From Elusimicrobiota bacterium (GTDB lineage Bacteria > Elusimicrobiota > Elusimicrobia > UBA1565), in assembly GCA_043819795.1 (NCBI GenBank), contig JBDREN010000072.1:1-16787 (forward strand): 16,787 bases of DNA, in the 5' to 3' direction. The position numbers were made by a program, and so were the translations under genes. Under the pieces are notes generated by a model. The model did not search any database, had not been told where the DNA came from, and saw only the letters and a program-made list of their open reading frames with translations. Each line of letters starts with the position of its first letter. Within the stretch, counting starts at the first letter, position 1. Below are positions 13,882 to 16,787 of the stretch, in pieces.

Positions 13882-16787
13882 GTGATACAGAACGCGCGCG
13901 TAAAAAAGGCCGTCGCCACCGCGATCTGCGCCGCTCTGTTCTTTACAGCTCCCGGCCTTCCCGTCTACCAGGTCCTCGCCGCCCAGGTCACCGCGGTCAA
14001 TGTCGCCGCGCCGCAGGGCAGCTCGATCCCCGGCGCGGTCTCCGGCGCCCACATCCAGTCGATCGGCTCCATCAGCGCCCCCATCGGCGGCCGCGTCTCG
14101 GCGCCCGGCGCGCTGCGCAGCAGCCTCCCGGACGCGGCCTCCATCGGCGTCGCGATCTCCCCCGCGCAGGCCGCGCCCGCTTCGCTGCAGGCGGCGTTGG
14201 AGCCGGCGCTCCTGAGCGGGCGGGTCGGCAAGGCCATCCTGGAGCGGGCCGCGAAGGCCGAGGATGCGCCCCAGGGCCTGTTCCAGATCCTGCTCCACCG
14301 GGTGCGCGGCAGCCAGGCCGGACAAGCCGCGGCCACGCCCGCGGAGCACGCCGCCATCGGGGCCGCCGAAAAGTGGCTCGCGCCTTCGGCCAAGACTCTC
14401 GGCTCCGCCTCCTCCTCCAAGGCTTGGGGACTGAGGAGCTTCTCGGAGCTGCGCGGGGAGAGCGTGCACGCGGCCGCTTCCCGCGGCGCGCTCCCCGTAT
14501 TCGCGGGCTCGGCGCGGCAGGCCGGAGCCCTGAAGCCCGCACCGGACGCCGGCGGGATGCGGAAGGCCGGCGACCACGTGGCCCGCGGCTACGCCAAGTT
14601 CCCGGTCCGGGCCCGCAATATGACGCCCGAGAGCATGCTCGCGGGCAAGGCCAAGGCCCGGAAGCATGCCCGCAAGATCGCTCGTGACGCGCGCCTGGTG
14701 CGGGTCTCCATCAACCTCGACAGCTCCAAGGCCCGCTGGGTCTACCTCTTCCACTCCCGCGAGAAGGGCAAGGTCATCACGGTCTACTCCAACGGCGAGA
14801 CCAAGGTCCGCGGCGACCGCAGGAGCCAGAAGGGCGCGGCCGGCTCCAAGAACCTGACCCCGCTGCGCACCTCCCAGACCCTCTGGAACGCGCGGCTGGC
14901 CAAGCTCGGCGGGCTGCAGGAAGCCTACAACCAGCTCAAGGCCGAGACGCATTGGTTCCGGCCCGTGCGCGTCTCGATCGTCTCCAAGTGGCACAGCGAC
15001 CCGGTGTTCGCCTTCATCGACGCCGGCGGACGCGTGCGCGAGATCGCGGCCGTGAAGCCCCGGTCGCCCGCGGCCGCGGCTCCCGCGAAGGGCGCGGCGG
15101 ACGCGAAGGCGCCCGGCGAGGTCGCGCCTCCGGCCGAGCGGCCGGCGCCTCCGGAGGCCCGGGCGCCTCCGGGGGGTGAGGGCCGGCAGGCCTCCAAACC
15201 CGCCAAGAGCCGTCCTCACCTGGTTGAGGACTTTTTCGGTTTTAGGAGGGTCCGCGGCTACAAGCACGACTCCTCGCTCAAGCGCCTTCCCCACGACGCG
15301 GACACCGCGCGGATCATCGACCAGATCGCCAGGCAGTTCAACATCGACCGCGCCCGCGTCCTCGATCTCGGCGAGCGCTACGCCCTGAGCGCCGCCTCCG
15401 ACCGGAAGTCCTGGCTCGCGGTCTACGAGCGCCTGCAGCGCGAGAACCGGGCTGAGCGCGACCACCTGGACCAGAAGAAGTACCAGGGCAGCCTCCTTGG
15501 CGAGGCCCTCAGCCGCCTGTTCGTCCGGCTGGGCTGGAGGAAGAAGGTCTCGGAGGCCGGCTTCCGCAAGCTGGAGAACCGGCGGTATCCCGAGGGCATG
15601 AAGGGCCTGCTGATCCGGGCGCTCGAGGTGCACAAGCACGCCTTCGGGATGTTCCGGTTCGTCTACCACGTCTTCGACGCATTCTTCTTCGGCTACTTCC
15701 GCCGCTCATCCTCCTTCGAGCTGCTCCACAGCACCGAGGACTACCTGACGCTGCGCGCCGACCTGGTCCGGGACAAGGCCCTCGCCGATGGGCGCATGAG
15801 CTCGCTGTTGGAGGAGGAGCTTCCCACGGCCGAGAAGTCGCTGGAGGCGGCGCTGAGCGTCCAGTTCCATCGCGGGCTGAGCTTCTCGGACCGGGTGAAC
15901 GCCTCCGCGATCGGCCGCTGGACCCGCTACCCGGTGCGGCTCGTGCTCGCCCCCCTGACCCAGTTCGTGTGGCGCCGCGCCACCCTGGCGCTTTTCAGCG
16001 CCGTGGCCATGGGCCTGGTGGCGGGCCTGGTCCCTCTGCCGTTCTTGTCGATCCACCTGACGGCGCTGCCGGTGCTCGGCCCCGCGCTCGAGGGCCTGGC
16101 CCACGGCGCCCCGATGCTCGCCTCCCAGGTCCCCTTCATCGGCGGGTCCTTGGCCAACATCACGGGCAGCGCCCTCAACGCCCTGGTGGAGGGGCTCTCG
16201 GTCGGGTCGCTCGTCCAGACCTTCACGCTCTCCTCCATGCTGACCTTCCCGGCCGCCGTCAAGCAGCGGCTCATGGAGCGGCGCGGCTTCAACCTGCGCA
16301 CGCCGCATGCGCTGAGCCGGGCGTTCTTCACCGGCGTGCTCGGGACCGCGGTGAGCTGGACCTTCTGGGCGCAGAACCTGAAGTCCTTCTTCGGCCTGAT
16401 CGTCATCGGCGCCGAGATCGAGGGCGTCATGACCTACGCGGCCGAGACCGACGCCTTTATCAGCCCGGCCTACCAGGCCCTGACGGGGCACCAGTTCAAG
16501 CTCTTCGAGAGCATCGGCGCGGCCATCGAGCGCCCGCAGGGCCGGAGCCCCATCCCCTTCGGCGGCGCGATCACGTGGGGCAACGCCCTCATCTACAAGC
16601 TTCAGAACCTGATCGGCTTCAACCTGACCGACGAGGTCTACCGGATCGTCCACGGCGCGGCCTACGGCTCCTATGACGGCGCGGTCTCGGAGGCGATGGT
16701 CCAGGCGCGCCACGCGGCGCCGGGCGCGTCCCGCGCGAACGCGGGCGCGTCGGTGGTGGCCGGCGTCGTGGGCGCGGCCGGCCACAC
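13882..16787 (+). CDS. Large (>968 aa, 3'-truncated by the window) signal-peptide, multi-pass membrane hypothetical protein; absent from the supplied ORF track
   Basis: Hand-translated from GTG 13882 (MIQNARVKKAVATAICAALFFTAPGLPVYQVLAAQV...) with no stop to the window end and strong GC3 bias. The N-terminus is paralogous to gene 3. Two PepSY-like units at ~14620-15055 and several hydrophobic segments at ~15940-16420. Confidence 0.9.
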   Translation, partial: MIQNARVKKAVATAICAALFFTAPGLPVYQVLAAQVTAVNVAAPQGSSIPGAVSGAHIQSIGSISAPIGGRVSAPGALRSSLPDAASIGVAISPAQAAPASLQAALEPALLSGRVGKAILERAAKAEDAPQGLFQILLHRVRGSQAGQAAATPAEHAAIGAAEKWLAPSAKTLGSASSSKAWGLRSFSELRGESVHAAASRGALPVFAGSARQAGALKPAPDAGGMRKAGDHVARGYAKFPVRARNMTPESMLAGKAKARKHARKIARDARLVRVSINLDSSKARWVYLFHSREKGKVITVYSNGETKVRGDRRSQKGAAGSKNLTPLRTSQTLWNARLAKLGGLQEAYNQLKAETHWFRPVRVSIVSKWHSDPVFAFIDAGGRVREIAAVKPRSPAAAAPAKGAADAKAPGEVAPPAERPAPPEARAPPGGEGRQASKPAKSRPHLVEDFFGFRRVRGYKHDSSLKRLPHDADTARIIDQIARQFNIDRARVLDLGERYALSAASDRKSWLAVYERLQRENRAERDHLDQKKYQGSLLGEALSRLFVRLGWRKKVSEAGFRKLENRRYPEGMKGLLIRALEVHKHAFGMFRFVYHVFDAFFFGYFRRSSSFELLHSTEDYLTLRADLVRDKALADGRMSSLLEEELPTAEKSLEAALSVQFHRGLSFSDRVNASAIGRWTRYPVRLVLAPLTQFVWRRATLALFSAVAMGLVAGLVPLPFLSIHLTALPVLGPALEGLAHGAPMLASQVPFIGGSLANITGSALNALVEGLSVGSLVQTFTLSSMLTFPAAVKQRLMERRGFNLRTPHALSRAFFTGVLGTAVSWTFWAQNLKSFFGLIVIGAEIEGVMTYAAETDAFISPAYQALTGHQFKLFESIGAAIERPQGRSPIPFGGAITWGNALIYKLQNLIGFNLTDEVYRIVHGAAYGSYDGAVSEAMVQARHAAPGASRANAGASVVAGVVGAAGH

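Noticed and set aside
13822..16785. 615-aa and 359-aa minus-strand ORFs
   Set aside because: Antisense shadows of the unlisted + strand ORF starting at 13882.
1..16787. CRISPR array, tRNA, rRNA or structured ncRNA
   Set aside because: No regularly spaced repeat-spacer pattern or recognisable RNA gene; the intergenic gaps are all under 250 bp and explained by promoter or terminator elements.

Overview
A GC-rich bacterial window with five co-oriented + strand genes. (1) 88-2958: secreted hypothetical protein, ~956 aa. (2) 3199-11064: a 2621-aa giant with a signal peptide, a Cys-paired N-domain, a Gly-rich hydrophobic segment and a complete, divergent SecA-type SF2 ATPase motor split by a very long helical insertion. 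(3) 11304-12569: a 421-aa membrane protein. (4) 12718-13635: a RAYT/Y1 HUH transposase homolog fused to a DnaA-domain-IV-like HTH. Its HUH motif is altered (HAQ), its catalytic Tyr is replaced by His, and it is flanked by a 16-bp inverted repeat. (5) 13882->16787: a large membrane protein missing from the ORF track because it runs off the window; its first ~200 aa and its promoter are paralogous to gene 3. Each of the five intergenic regions has exactly two GGGCCC boxes, two genes share a GGCCCTTGCCC-N17-TACnnT promoter, and several genes look leaderless. My best hypothesis (inference) is a co-regulated accessory export or cell-envelope module with its own membrane-tethered SecA-like motor, possibly controlled by a domesticated, catalytically dead transposase. 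The protein style reminds me of Elusimicrobiota/Omnitrophota-type giant-protein loci, but I cannot establish taxonomy from this sequence.
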